Of a stretch of 64,000 nucleotides of DNA, positions 39,302 through 47,673 are shown piece after piece (the first letter of the stretch is position 1; each line of letters starts with the position of its first letter). Below the pieces are notes generated by a model, which did no database searches, had not been told where the DNA came from, and saw only the letters and a program-made list of their open reading frames with translations. Both the position numbers and the translations under genes were made by a program. Origin of the DNA: Candidatus Paceibacter sp. (GTDB lineage Bacteria; Patescibacteriota; Minisyncoccia; UBA6257; JAGOQP01); contig DYGB01000001.1 in NCBI GenBank assembly GCA_020724905.1, positions 65,866 to 129,865 on the forward strand, read 5' to 3'.

Positions 39302-40132
39302 TTAGAGTGTTTGTTCAGATTTTTGGAAATCCTTCTGTTTAAGACGAATAAATGAATTGGGACCCCCACTTCCCAGTCGCTCAACAAGATTCTTCTCCAC
39401 AAGACTCTGAATATCATACCGTAATGTCCGATTACTAATGTCTGGCAATATATCTGAGATATCACTCATATGACACAACGATCTATCCTTCAAAAGAGAC
39501 AAAATAACCTGCTTTCTCTCTACCGATGAGATTTTGCCATATACAGGAGATTTGTTGCCAGACTTTGCCGGACTCTCATTGCCAGACTTTGCCGGACTTT
39601 TCTCCTCATATACTTTGTTTGCCAGACTTTTCTTTATACTATCGACATTGCCAGACTTTGCCGGACTCTTTAAAGAGTCTTTTTCAAGCCCTCTTGGAAT
39701 ATCATCATTGCCAGACTTTCCACTAAAGGAAACAAAGTCTCTCTCCTCTTTCTTCTCTTTATTCTTGCCAGACTCAGGTGAAGGAGGGAGTGCGGTAAAA
39801 AGAGTACTTAAATCAATTTCAACAGGTTCATTGCCATACCCCTCATGTTTCTTGCCAGACTCATGGATATGGTTCTTAAGATTCTGGGTTTCTCGAAGGA
39901 GTACTTTTGCATTCTCAGGGGCAATATCTCCAATACGATATCCAAGGGTAATACCCTGTTCAAGTAAGATAAGTGATTCTAATGATTGTTCTCTAAAAAA
40001 TAAAAGCGCCCGTTCTTCAAGAAGCGCCTTAAAAGACATTCGGTGAGAAACCTCTGCAACACGAAATGCTGCCCACACGACCTCAAATGATCGCTGGATA
40101 AAAAAATCATGTGAGGAGTGAATGTCGTTCAT
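39302..40132 (-). CDS. Protein with helical N-terminal domain, repeat-rich linker and C-terminal DeoR-like winged HTH
   Basis: C-terminus RKQVILSLLKD...MSDISDILPDISNRTLRYDIQSLVEKNLVERLG; start ATG 40132 is 7 nt after TTGACG-17-TATTGT. Confidence 0.8.
   Translation of the reverse strand: MNDIHSSHDFFIQRSFEVVWAAFRVAEVSHRMSFKALLEERALLFFREQSLESLILLEQGITLGYRIGDIAPENAKVLLRETQNLKNHIHESGKKHEGYGNEPVEIDLSTLFTALPPSPESGKNKEKKEERDFVSFSGKSGNDDIPRGLEKDSLKSPAKSGNVDSIKKSLANKVYEEKSPAKSGNESPAKSGNKSPVYGKISSVERKQVILSLLKDRSLCHMSDISDILPDISNRTLRYDIQSLVEKNLVERLGSGGPNSFIRLKQKDFQKSEQTL
39534..39861 (+). repeat. Array of 10-bp TTGCC(A/G)GACT motifs inside the wHTH gene
   Basis: Exact copies at 39555, 39565, 39579, 39589, 39619, 39648, 39658, 39708, 39765, 39852; degenerate TTGCCATA at 39534 and 39831. 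Confidence 0.92.
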
Positions 40133-40176
40133 GTCCACTACAATACTATGCAAAAGAAAAAACGTCAACACACAAG

Positions 40177-40185
40177 TTATCCACA
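40177..40185 (+). promoter_or_regulatory. Consensus DnaA box TTATCCACA just upstream of the wHTH gene's -35 element
   Basis: Exact 9-mer; -35 at 40163-40168. Confidence 0.6.
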
Positions 40186-40333
40186 GAAAGAAATATCAAC
40201 GATGAAAATACTATTTATCATTATAATCCATATGACGGGTTATAACGGATTGTAACGATAAACAGGACTCACGCAATGAAAATGTAACACATATATATGT
40301 TTGATAAATTTTTACATAAAGATATACTAAGCA

Positions 40334-40405
40334 TGTCTTCTGGTTTTTAACTAGAAGGGTATCACATCCAAGAAACACTCTCTGAGAAGAGGGTGTTTTA
40401 TTTTT
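40334..40405 (+). ncRNA. Candidate small RNA of about 70 nt
   Basis: TTGATA-16-TATACT (40301-40328), a hairpin, then a terminator hairpin with T-run. Confidence 0.4.
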
Positions 40406-40434
40406 ATACCATTAAGAAAAAGATCGCTATATAA

Positions 40435-40475
40435 AAAAGGGGGCCTTAGGTACGTAACCGTTCGGGCCCCTTTTC
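40435..40475 (-). terminator. Hairpin downstream of the D-hydroxyacid dehydrogenase gene
   Basis: aaaagggggcc...gggcccctttt. Confidence 0.6.
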
Positions 40476-40520
40476 GTCTTAATATTTATATAGTAACAGA
40501 TCAGTATATTTTTTCAAACA

Positions 40521-41534
40521 CTACTTCACCTCATCAACAAGTGTCCCCTTTTCAAAAAATGAAACAATGTTTGCAATATCTCCATCATAAATTCTCTGTT
40601 TTGCTTCACGAGTATTAAACGCAGTATGTGGAGTGATAACAACATTCTCCATATCCATTAATAGATGGTTGGCAACAACAGCACGAAGATCATGTCCTTC
40701 ATCTTTTCGAAGTAAAAATCCCATCTCATCTTTTACCACTCCTTCCTCTTCTAATACATCAAGACCAGCTCCTCCAAGATGTCCACTACTCAACACTTCA
40801 ACTAATCCAGTCGTTTCAACTAACGCACCTCGTGCGGTATTGATAAGTAACGCACCCTTCTTCATAGAAAAGAGTTTCTCTCTATCAAGTATATGATGCG
40901 TAGCATCAGTGTAGGGAAGATGAAGGGTCACTACATCAGATACAGAAAGTAATTCTTCAAGAGATACATATGAAATACCAACCTCCTTCCCATACACCTC
41001 ATCAGGAAATGCATCAAACGCAACAATACGCATATCAAATCCTTGAGCCATACGAATAACATGACGTCCAATACGTCCTGTTCCAATCACCCCAAGTGTT
41101 TTTCCTTTCAAATCAAACCCCTCAAGGCCTTCAAAAGAAAATTCACTTGTTTCCTTTATCCGATCAACAGCAGGAAACAATTTACGTGAAAGAGTAAGGA
41201 TAAGACCAAAGGCAAACTCAGCTACCGTATGTTCTCCATAGTGAGGAACATAGCCAACTCGTACTCCCTTTTCCTTGCAGGCCTCTATATCAATATGGTT
41301 AAACCCTGTAGAACGAGTCGTAATCAAAGAAAGCGAAGGAAAGGCATCTAGCACCTCCTGATCAACACTAGATCCAACAAAGATGGAAAGCCCATCATAT
41401 GAACGTGTATCAGGAAGGTGATCTTTATCTAAAGGTCCCTCATAGATATCAACGCTAAAGCCCTTCTCTTCAAGAGCTTTTTTCATATAGGATGATCCCC
41501 ATCCAATAGACTGAAACAATGCAATAGATTTCAT
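40521..41534 (-). CDS. D-lactate/D-2-hydroxyacid dehydrogenase
   Basis: TRSTGFNHID, VAEF, GVIGTGRIG, INTARG, GLDVLEEE, ITPHTAF. Confidence 0.92.
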   Translation of the reverse strand: MKSIALFQSIGWGSSYMKKALEEKGFSVDIYEGPLDKDHLPDTRSYDGLSIFVGSSVDQEVLDAFPSLSLITTRSTGFNHIDIEACKEKGVRVGYVPHYGEHTVAEFAFGLILTLSRKLFPAVDRIKETSEFSFEGLEGFDLKGKTLGVIGTGRIGRHVIRMAQGFDMRIVAFDAFPDEVYGKEVGISYVSLEELLSVSDVVTLHLPYTDATHHILDREKLFSMKKGALLINTARGALVETTGLVEVLSSGHLGGAGLDVLEEEGVVKDEMGFLLRKDEGHDLRAVVANHLLMDMENVVITPHTAFNTREAKQRIYDGDIANIVSFFEKGTLVDEVK

Positions 41535-42125
41535 CTATTTATCCATTTTTGTCTTAATAATGGTATCAATAATACCATATTTCACCGCCTCATCAGAAGA
41601 TAGATAAAAGTCTCTATCAGTATCATTTTCAATCTTTTGAAGTTTCTGACCAGTATGACGAGCTAATATCTCGTTAAGGCGCTTTTTAATCTTGATAATC
41701 TGTTTTGCGGTAATTTCAATTTCAGATGCCTGTCCTTCAGCTCCTCCCATAACCTGGTGAAGCATAATCTCAGAGTTAGGAAGTGCAAATCGCTTCTTTT
41801 TAGCACCAGCCCCGAGAAGAACAGCTCCCATAGAAGCAGCAATACCAACACAGATAGTAGAAACATCAGGTTTCACATGTTGCATCGTGTCATAGATAGC
41901 AAGACCAGCAGTCACTGACCCTCCAGGACTATTGATATAGATCTGAATATCTTTTTTAGAATCATCATGATCAAGTAACAGAAGCTGAGCAATAACGGTG
42001 TTTGCAACCTCGTCACTAATAACGCCTCCAATAAAGATAATACGCTCCTTTAATAACCGTGAGTAAATATCATACGCACGTTCTCCAAACTGGTTTTTGT
42101 CCACCACCATAGGAACTAAATTCAT
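41535..42125 (-). CDS. clpP: ATP-dependent Clp protease proteolytic subunit
   Basis: [35 protein letters not shown]. Confidence 0.97.
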   Translation of the reverse strand: MNLVPMVVDKNQFGERAYDIYSRLLKERIIFIGGVISDEVANTVIAQLLLLDHDDSKKDIQIYINSPGGSVTAGLAIYDTMQHVKPDVSTICVGIAASMGAVLLGAGAKKKRFALPNSEIMLHQVMGGAEGQASEIEITAKQIIKIKKRLNEILARHTGQKLQKIENDTDRDFYLSSDEAVKYGIIDTIIKTKMDK

Positions 42126-42167
42126 AGCACGTAACAATTACTTATATATAGTATAGCAGAAAAAGAA

Positions 42168-43505
42168 CTATTCTTTTTCTTCCTCCTCTTCAGAGGACTC
42201 TTCTTTTGTTTCTTCTTCCTCTACCACTTTTTCAGTTTCTTTGTCCTCTACTTTCTCTTCTTTGGAAGATTCCTCATCTGAAGATGATTCTCCTTGTGGA
42301 GATCGATCCGCAAGGATTTCTTCTCCTTCTTCATTGATAACAGATGCAGCTGCAGCATCAGCGGTATCAGCAATACCTTCTTCTTGTACCTGTTCAGGAT
42401 TTGCCTGAGAACGAATATCAATACGAGCACCAGTTAACTTTGCTGCTAATCGTACATTCTGTCCCCGCTTTCCAATCGCAAGACTCAACTGATCATCAGG
42501 AACAAGAACGCGAGCTTCCTTTTCTCCAATAAGTTCAACGGTAGTAACAGTAGCAGGAGAAAGAGATGCAGCGATATAGCTCTCAAGATCTTCAGACCAT
42601 TCAACGATATCAATCTTCTCAGCTCCAATCTCACTATTCACTGCCATCACACGAGCTCCTCGCTGTCCCACACATGATCCCACAGGATCAACACCATCTT
42701 CATCAGTATACACAGCCACTTTACTGCGACTTCCTGGTTCTCTGATAACTTCTTTTATCTCCACAACACCATCAGCAATCTCAGGAACTTCAAGTTCAAA
42801 GAGTTTGGTAATGAAATGTGGGTGTGAACGAGATAGAACAAGATTTGGACCCCGTCCTCCATCTTGTACACGGAGTAGATAAAACTTTAATCGCTCACCA
42901 ATACGATATCGTTCCCCTGGAATTGCTTCAGTATAGTGCATCATTCCAGAAGCACGTCCTAAATCAACAAACACATTTCCTCGCTCAACGCGTTGCACCA
43001 CTCCACTCACTAAATCACCAATTTTGTCTTCAAATTCAGATCGAATAGCATCTTTTTCTATCTCACGAAGCTTTTGAAGTACTACCTGCTTTGCAGTCTG
43101 AGCTGCAATACGCCCAAAATCAGCCTCAGGAGCAGGAAGCGGGAAGGAAATCTCATCACCAAGGGAAACGTCCTCCTTTTCCTTTTTTGCCTCCTCAAGG
43201 AGGATATGTCTATCAGGATTGTAGAGGGGAAGCTGTTCTTCATCATCAGCTACCTCAACTACCTCTTCTCCCTCTAGAGGAAATCGAACAGTAGTATCAT
43301 CTACTACTGTTTTTACCTGGGTAAAGACAACATCTCCTGTTTTCTCATTTAATACGGCACGAACAATTTCTCCTCGTTTCCCATACTCTTTCTTGTATGC
43401 AGAAGCTAAGGCTGCTTCAACAGCATCAAGCACATCTTGTCGATCAAGATCTTTCTCTGCTGCTAATTGTTCAATTGCTTTATGTAATGTTTTTATATCA
43501 AGCAT
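42168..43505 (-). CDS. nusA: Transcription termination/antitermination factor NusA
   Basis: FGRIAAQTAKQV, S1 domain, REPGSRSKVAV, GSCVGQRG, SLAIGKRGQNVRLA; acidic tail. Confidence 0.97.
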   Translation of the reverse strand: MLDIKTLHKAIEQLAAEKDLDRQDVLDAVEAALASAYKKEYGKRGEIVRAVLNEKTGDVVFTQVKTVVDDTTVRFPLEGEEVVEVADDEEQLPLYNPDRHILLEEAKKEKEDVSLGDEISFPLPAPEADFGRIAAQTAKQVVLQKLREIEKDAIRSEFEDKIGDLVSGVVQRVERGNVFVDLGRASGMMHYTEAIPGERYRIGERLKFYLLRVQDGGRGPNLVLSRSHPHFITKLFELEVPEIADGVVEIKEVIREPGSRSKVAVYTDEDGVDPVGSCVGQRGARVMAVNSEIGAEKIDIVEWSEDLESYIAASLSPATVTTVELIGEKEARVLVPDDQLSLAIGKRGQNVRLAAKLTGARIDIRSQANPEQVQEEGIADTADAAAASVINEEGEEILADRSPQGESSSDEESSKEEKVEDKETEKVVEEEETKEESSEEEEEKE

Positions 43506-43525
43506 AGTATATGTAATTAAAAAGA

Positions 43526-43548
43526 AATCCGCATACTAAAGGCGGATT
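43526..43548. promoter_or_regulatory. Hairpin in the nusA leader
   Basis: aatccgc-atactaaag-gcggatt about 20 nt upstream of the nusA start. Confidence 0.45.
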
Positions 43549-43683
43549 ACACTATACAAAAACAGTATCAAAGAAGAAAAGAAAAGTCAATAAGATTTTT
43601 AGTTTTATATGGACCATATATAAAATACCCTTTCTTCCTAATTGTAGTAGATAGTTTTCAAAATATATTCTACTTACTCAACA

Positions 43684-43904
43684 GAATGAAGAAGTAAAGT
43701 CGTTTCTTTCGTCAATGGAATGAACAAGTAAGAAAATATCCTTAATCGTATCATTTTAGGTGTTTAATCGTATCATTATGATACGATTAGGCATGTTATC
43801 CAGGTAGTAAGATTTTAAGCCATATAAATGTTCTTGACTTCATTTTTACTTATTAGTATCATGTGTAATAAGTAAAAACAGTCATTTTTACTTATTATAA
43901 TAAG
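43684..43904. repeat. Three distinct short repeat families (operator-like) upstream of the AAA gene
   Basis: GAATGAA(G/C)AAGTAA x2; TAATCGTATCAT x3 including a perfect palindrome; TTTTTACTTATTA x3 overlapping TTGACT-17-TATCAT. Confidence 0.8.
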
Positions 43905-43911
43905 AAATATC

Positions 43912-45162
43912 ATGAAAAAAGAAGCATTAGAGAAACAACGTCGAGAACTTGAGATGTTAAAAAAACATCCTCTCATTACACGAGACATAACTGATTCAGT
44001 AAAGAAACACATGTCATCAAACCTCATGAAGGTTATTTTGGGACCTCGAAGAGCAGGAAAATCAATCTTCTCACTTCTTTTGCTTCAAGATAGGCCGTTT
44101 GGGTATGTTAATTTTGATGACGAGAGACTACTAGAAAATTTTGATGCAGATCAATTACTCGCTGATATACAATCTATGTATGGGAAGACCCCCTACCTTT
44201 TTCTTGATGAAATACAAAATCTTCCACAGTGGGAACTTATCGTAAACCGGCTACAACGAATGGGGCACAATCTTGTACTTACCGGTTCAAATGCAAATCT
44301 TCTCAGCAAAGAGCTTGCAACACACCTCACGGGAAGACACATCCCAATAGAGTTACTCCCTTTTAATTTCAATGAATATCAACGAGCAAAGAAACTAGTT
44401 GACCCACAGAGCACCACAACAGAGCTATTAGAATCATACATGCAGTATGGAGGATATCCTGAAATTACACTACAAAGAGCCGAACCAAAAGAATACCTAG
44501 GAAATTTGTTTGATTCATTAATTCTCAAGGACGTTGTACTCCGACACAATATTAGAAAGGTAGATTCTATAAAACGTATTGGTGAGTATATGATACATAC
44601 CACATCACAGCGCTTTAGCTTTAATAGTGTTGCTCGTGCACTTAATGAAAAAAGTGATGTAACAGTAGGTAAATATATCTCTTATTTCTCAGACGCATAT
44701 ATAACGCTACCACTTAGCCAGTATTCCCATAGCCCTAAGAAAAGATCACGGGGAATACAAAAAGCATATGTAATAGATAATGGATTTATATTTTCTAAAA
44801 GTATCTCAGCATCACATGATCAAGGAGTTTACCTTGAAAACCTTGTGCTAACTGAGTTTCTTAAAAAGGGATATACTATAAACGAAACTATCTTCTATTA
44901 TCAAACGAGGAATAATAAGGAGGTCGACTTCGTTATAAAACAAGGGAATTTATTCTCTCTTTTCCAAGTTTCATATGATATAACAAATCCTGCCACAGAA
45001 AAGAGAGAGGTCCTTGCACTTCTTGAAGCCGCAGAGGAGCTAAAAACTAATGACTTAACCATCATTACAAGAAACACAGATAAAACTATACAAAAGAACG
45101 GAAAAGAAATTCGATGCATATCCCTTAAAACGTGGCTCTCCCAACTTCATACAACTGATTGA
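43912..45162 (+). CDS. AAA_14-family ATPase with DUF4143-type C-terminal domain
   Basis: GPRRAGKS, FLDEIQ, LTGSNA, LTGR, YGGYPE, KAYVIDNG, ENLV, KEVDFV, FQVSY. Confidence 0.9.
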   Translation: MKKEALEKQRRELEMLKKHPLITRDITDSVKKHMSSNLMKVILGPRRAGKSIFSLLLLQDRPFGYVNFDDERLLENFDADQLLADIQSMYGKTPYLFLDEIQNLPQWELIVNRLQRMGHNLVLTGSNANLLSKELATHLTGRHIPIELLPFNFNEYQRAKKLVDPQSTTTELLESYMQYGGYPEITLQRAEPKEYLGNLFDSLILKDVVLRHNIRKVDSIKRIGEYMIHTTSQRFSFNSVARALNEKSDVTVGKYISYFSDAYITLPLSQYSHSPKKRSRGIQKAYVIDNGFIFSKSISASHDQGVYLENLVLTEFLKKGYTINETIFYYQTRNNKEVDFVIKQGNLFSLFQVSYDITNPATEKREVLALLEAAEELKTNDLTIITRNTDKTIQKNGKEIRCISLKTWLSQLHTTD

Positions 45163-45277
45163 TATAATATTCTATTTTCTGGTTGCACTACAAATAAAGC
45201 CTCACGCGCAACTAAACTCACTGTAAAACATAAGGTTTTCCATTGAGTCAAAGTAAAAAATCATCTACAATACATAT

Positions 45278-45643
45278 ATGAAAAGTATAGGAAGATTACT
45301 TATCTATCTGGTCGCAAATGCTATTGGAATAGGAATCGCAGCCTATTTTATTGAAGGGGTCAGTATTGATCCTACTATTGAGGCATACCTCAAAGCAGCA
45401 GCCCTCCTTACTATTGGAAACCTCCTAGTGCGTCCTATTCTAAAGATTGTCCTTGGGCCACTCATTATTATTACCCTCGGACTCGGAATTATTGTGGTAA
45501 ATGCACTCATCCTCTATGGAGTAGACTATATCAGTACCGATATCACCATCACTGGACTTTATCCGCTTGTCTATGCTACACTCATCCTCGCAGTGATAAA
45601 CGGAGTATTTTCATATTCCGCCAAAAAAACACAAAACCTTTAA
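45278..45643 (+). CDS. Phage-holin-family (YvlD-like) 4-TM membrane protein
   Basis: NLLVRPILKIV...PLIIITLGL...VVNA. Confidence 0.85.
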   Translation: MKSIGRLLIYLVANAIGIGIAAYFIEGVSIDPTIEAYLKAAALLTIGNLLVRPILKIVLGPLIIITLGLGIIVVNALILYGVDYISTDITITGLYPLVYATLILAVINGVFSYSAKKTQNL

Positions 45644-45646
45644 TTT

Positions 45647-45871
45647 ATGGATATTACATCGATTCTCTCTATCGCACAGCTTGTTATTGCGGTTCTCCTC
45701 ATCATCCTTGTTCTTCTTCAAGAACGTGGAGGAGGGGTAGGAGCAGCATTTGGAGGTGGTGATAGTGGATTCCAGACACAACGACGTGGTATGGAAAAGT
45801 GGACCTACAGTGCAACTATTGCAGGACTCATACTGTTTGCAGCGCTTTCGCTTGCATTGCTCCTGCTCTAA
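45647..45871 (+). CDS. secG: Preprotein translocase subunit SecG
   Basis: LVLLQERGGGVGAAFGG...RRGMEK. Confidence 0.92.
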   Translation: MDITSILSIAQLVIAVLLIILVLLQERGGGVGAAFGGGDSGFQTQRRGMEKWTYSATIAGLILFAALSLALLLL

Positions 45872-45879
45872 GCTTAATC

Positions 45880-47559
45880 ATGAAAAAAACGTTCTCCTAC
45901 ATTCAGAAGATGTTCTCTTCTTTTTCACGAAAAGAGATTATTCTCTTCCTTACCGCTGCCATCTTTTTTGTGGCATCAAGTGTGCTTCTTACCGTTGCGC
46001 TTGTTGATGAATACACAATACAAACCCCTGGAAGTGGTGGAGAGCTCAAAGAAGGAGTTGTAGGGCAGATTAGCCTGATTAACCCTATCCTTGCTCAAGA
46101 CAATACTCCTGATGGAGATATTACCGCTCTCGTATTTGCCAACATCCCTACCATTGCAGAAAGCATCAAATACTCAGATGACTTTAAAACATGGAATGTG
46201 AGAATAAAAGAAGGTGCACAGTGGCACAATGGAACAGCTATTACCAGTGATGATATTATCTTTACCATCCAGACGGTAAAAAATCCTCAAACATCATCCC
46301 CCCTCTTTGATGTATGGAAGAATATATCAGTTCAACGTATTAGTGAACGAGAGGTTGAATTTCAACTCCTTGATTCATACGCACTCTTTGAAAACATTCT
46401 TCGAGAACTACGACCAGTACCAAAACAGTTATTCGCTGATATTGCTCCTGCAAACATAAAACTCTCAGTGTATAACCTACGTCCTTTGGGAAGTGGACCT
46501 TATACATACAAAGAACTCACGAAGCGTGATGATGGCTTTATCAGCTCATATACACTCAGTGCAGCAGATACCTTCACCTATACAGAAAACTCTCCTCTTA
46601 TTAAAACCCTCACCTTTGTATTCTTCGAAAATGATTCACAACGTATCAATGCATTTAACAGTGGAGTAATTACCTCATTGGGAACATTTGATCCAGAGGT
46701 AATAGAAAGCATCTCTATTAAAAAGAATGTCTATGATATTGCAACACGACGATACTATGCACTCTTTTTCAATACCACCGCCTATGGCACACAGATATCA
46801 CAATCATTACGAGAAAACCTTATTCACAGTATAGACTCACAAGCTATTATCACAGACGTCTTTAACTCACATGCTGATTCTATCAGAGGACCACTTGATA
46901 GTATCATCCCTCCAAAAGAACAGAGTCCTTCTATTACTATCAATTTTGAAGAAAGTCTCTCTGAAGCAGGGTGGGAGAAAAGAGATGATACCTGGGGTCG
47001 TATGAATGGAGAAACCTGGGAAGAATTCTCTCCTACTATTACCGTTCCTGATACCCCACTTCTTACACGAACAGCACATCTTATCGCCTCACAATGGAAA
47101 CAGTATGGTATTGCTGCTCGTGTTGCTGTTGTCGACCCTCAGATTCTCTCAGATGATATCCTTCCTTCACGAAACTATGAAGTCCTCCTCTTTGGGAATA
47201 TTTTACTTAAAAACCCTGATCTATCATCATTCTGGCATTCAAATGAAATATTCCATCCAGGACAAAACTTCTCACTCCTCAAAGACAATACCCTCGATAC
47301 CCTTCTTGCTGAATTAAAACGATCCTATCCAGACACACAGGAATACACTGATCTTCTGAGTGGTATTAATGAGCAGATTCAATCTCATGCACCAGCTGCA
47401 TTCCTTCTTTCTCCTTACTATCTCTACATCACCTCTCCACAAATCCCTACCCCACTCTTCCCTCAAAAAATATCATTCACCCATGATCGATTTGAATACA
47501 TCACCTCATGGTATGTAAAAACAACACGAACCTTTAGTTCATCAAAAGATCTCCACTAG
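45880..47559 (+). CDS. ABC transporter substrate-binding protein (OppA/DppA family 5), membrane-anchored
   Basis: GGELKEGVVG...INPI, WHNGTAITSDDIIFT, PLGSGPY, RNYEVLLFG; start at ATG 45880. Confidence 0.85.
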   Translation: MKKTFSYIQKMFSSFSRKEIILFLTAAIFFVASSVLLTVALVDEYTIQTPGSGGELKEGVVGQISLINPILAQDNTPDGDITALVFANIPTIAESIKYSDDFKTWNVRIKEGAQWHNGTAITSDDIIFTIQTVKNPQTSSPLFDVWKNISVQRISEREVEFQLLDSYALFENILRELRPVPKQLFADIAPANIKLSVYNLRPLGSGPYTYKELTKRDDGFISSYTLSAADTFTYTENSPLIKTLTFVFFENDSQRINAFNSGVITSLGTFDPEVIESISIKKNVYDIATRRYYALFFNTTAYGTQISQSLRENLIHSIDSQAIITDVFNSHADSIRGPLDSIIPPKEQSPSITINFEESLSEAGWEKRDDTWGRMNGETWEEFSPTITVPDTPLLTRTAHLIASQWKQYGIAARVAVVDPQILSDDILPSRNYEVLLFGNILLKNPDLSSFWHSNEIFHPGQNFSLLKDNTLDTLLAELKRSYPDTQEYTDLLSGINEQIQSHAPAAFLLSPYYLYITSPQIPTPLFPQKISFTHDRFEYITSWYVKTTRTFSSSKDLH

Positions 47560-47642
47560 CTCGGGTGGTGAAACTGGTAGACACGCAGCGTTCAGAGCGC
47601 TGTAGGAATTATCCTGTGGGAGTTCAAATCTCCCCCCGAGCA
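47559..47642 (+). tRNA. tRNA-Leu (anticodon CAG)
   Basis: Acceptor GCTCGGG/CCCGAGC; D-arm GGTGAAACTGGTAGACAC; anticodon arm CAGCG-TTCAGAG-CGCTG; long variable arm; GTTCAAATC T-loop; CCA not encoded. Confidence 0.96.
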
Positions 47643-47673
47643 CACATTACTTATATAACTAATTATCCTATTT

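Noticed and set aside
39534..39861. CRISPR array interpretation of the repeats
   Set aside because: Units are 10-20 bp with irregular spacing inside an intact ORF; no cas genes
39175..40246. GTTATAACG on both sides of the wHTH gene (39175 and 40238) as a target-site duplication
   Set aside because: Only 9 AT-rich bp, could be chance; no transposase or terminal inverted repeats
40133..40520. Possible chromosomal origin (DnaA box plus AT-rich gap)
   Set aside because: Only one perfect DnaA box, no dnaA/dnaN nearby, and gene orientation and strand composition do not switch across this point
45278..45643. Prophage suggested by the holin-family gene
   Set aside because: This family is commonly chromosomal; its neighbours are secG and an ABC binding protein, with no phage genes
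47559..47673. tRNA-Leu as an integration site
   Set aside because: No integrase, and I saw no duplicated tRNA 3' end in the window
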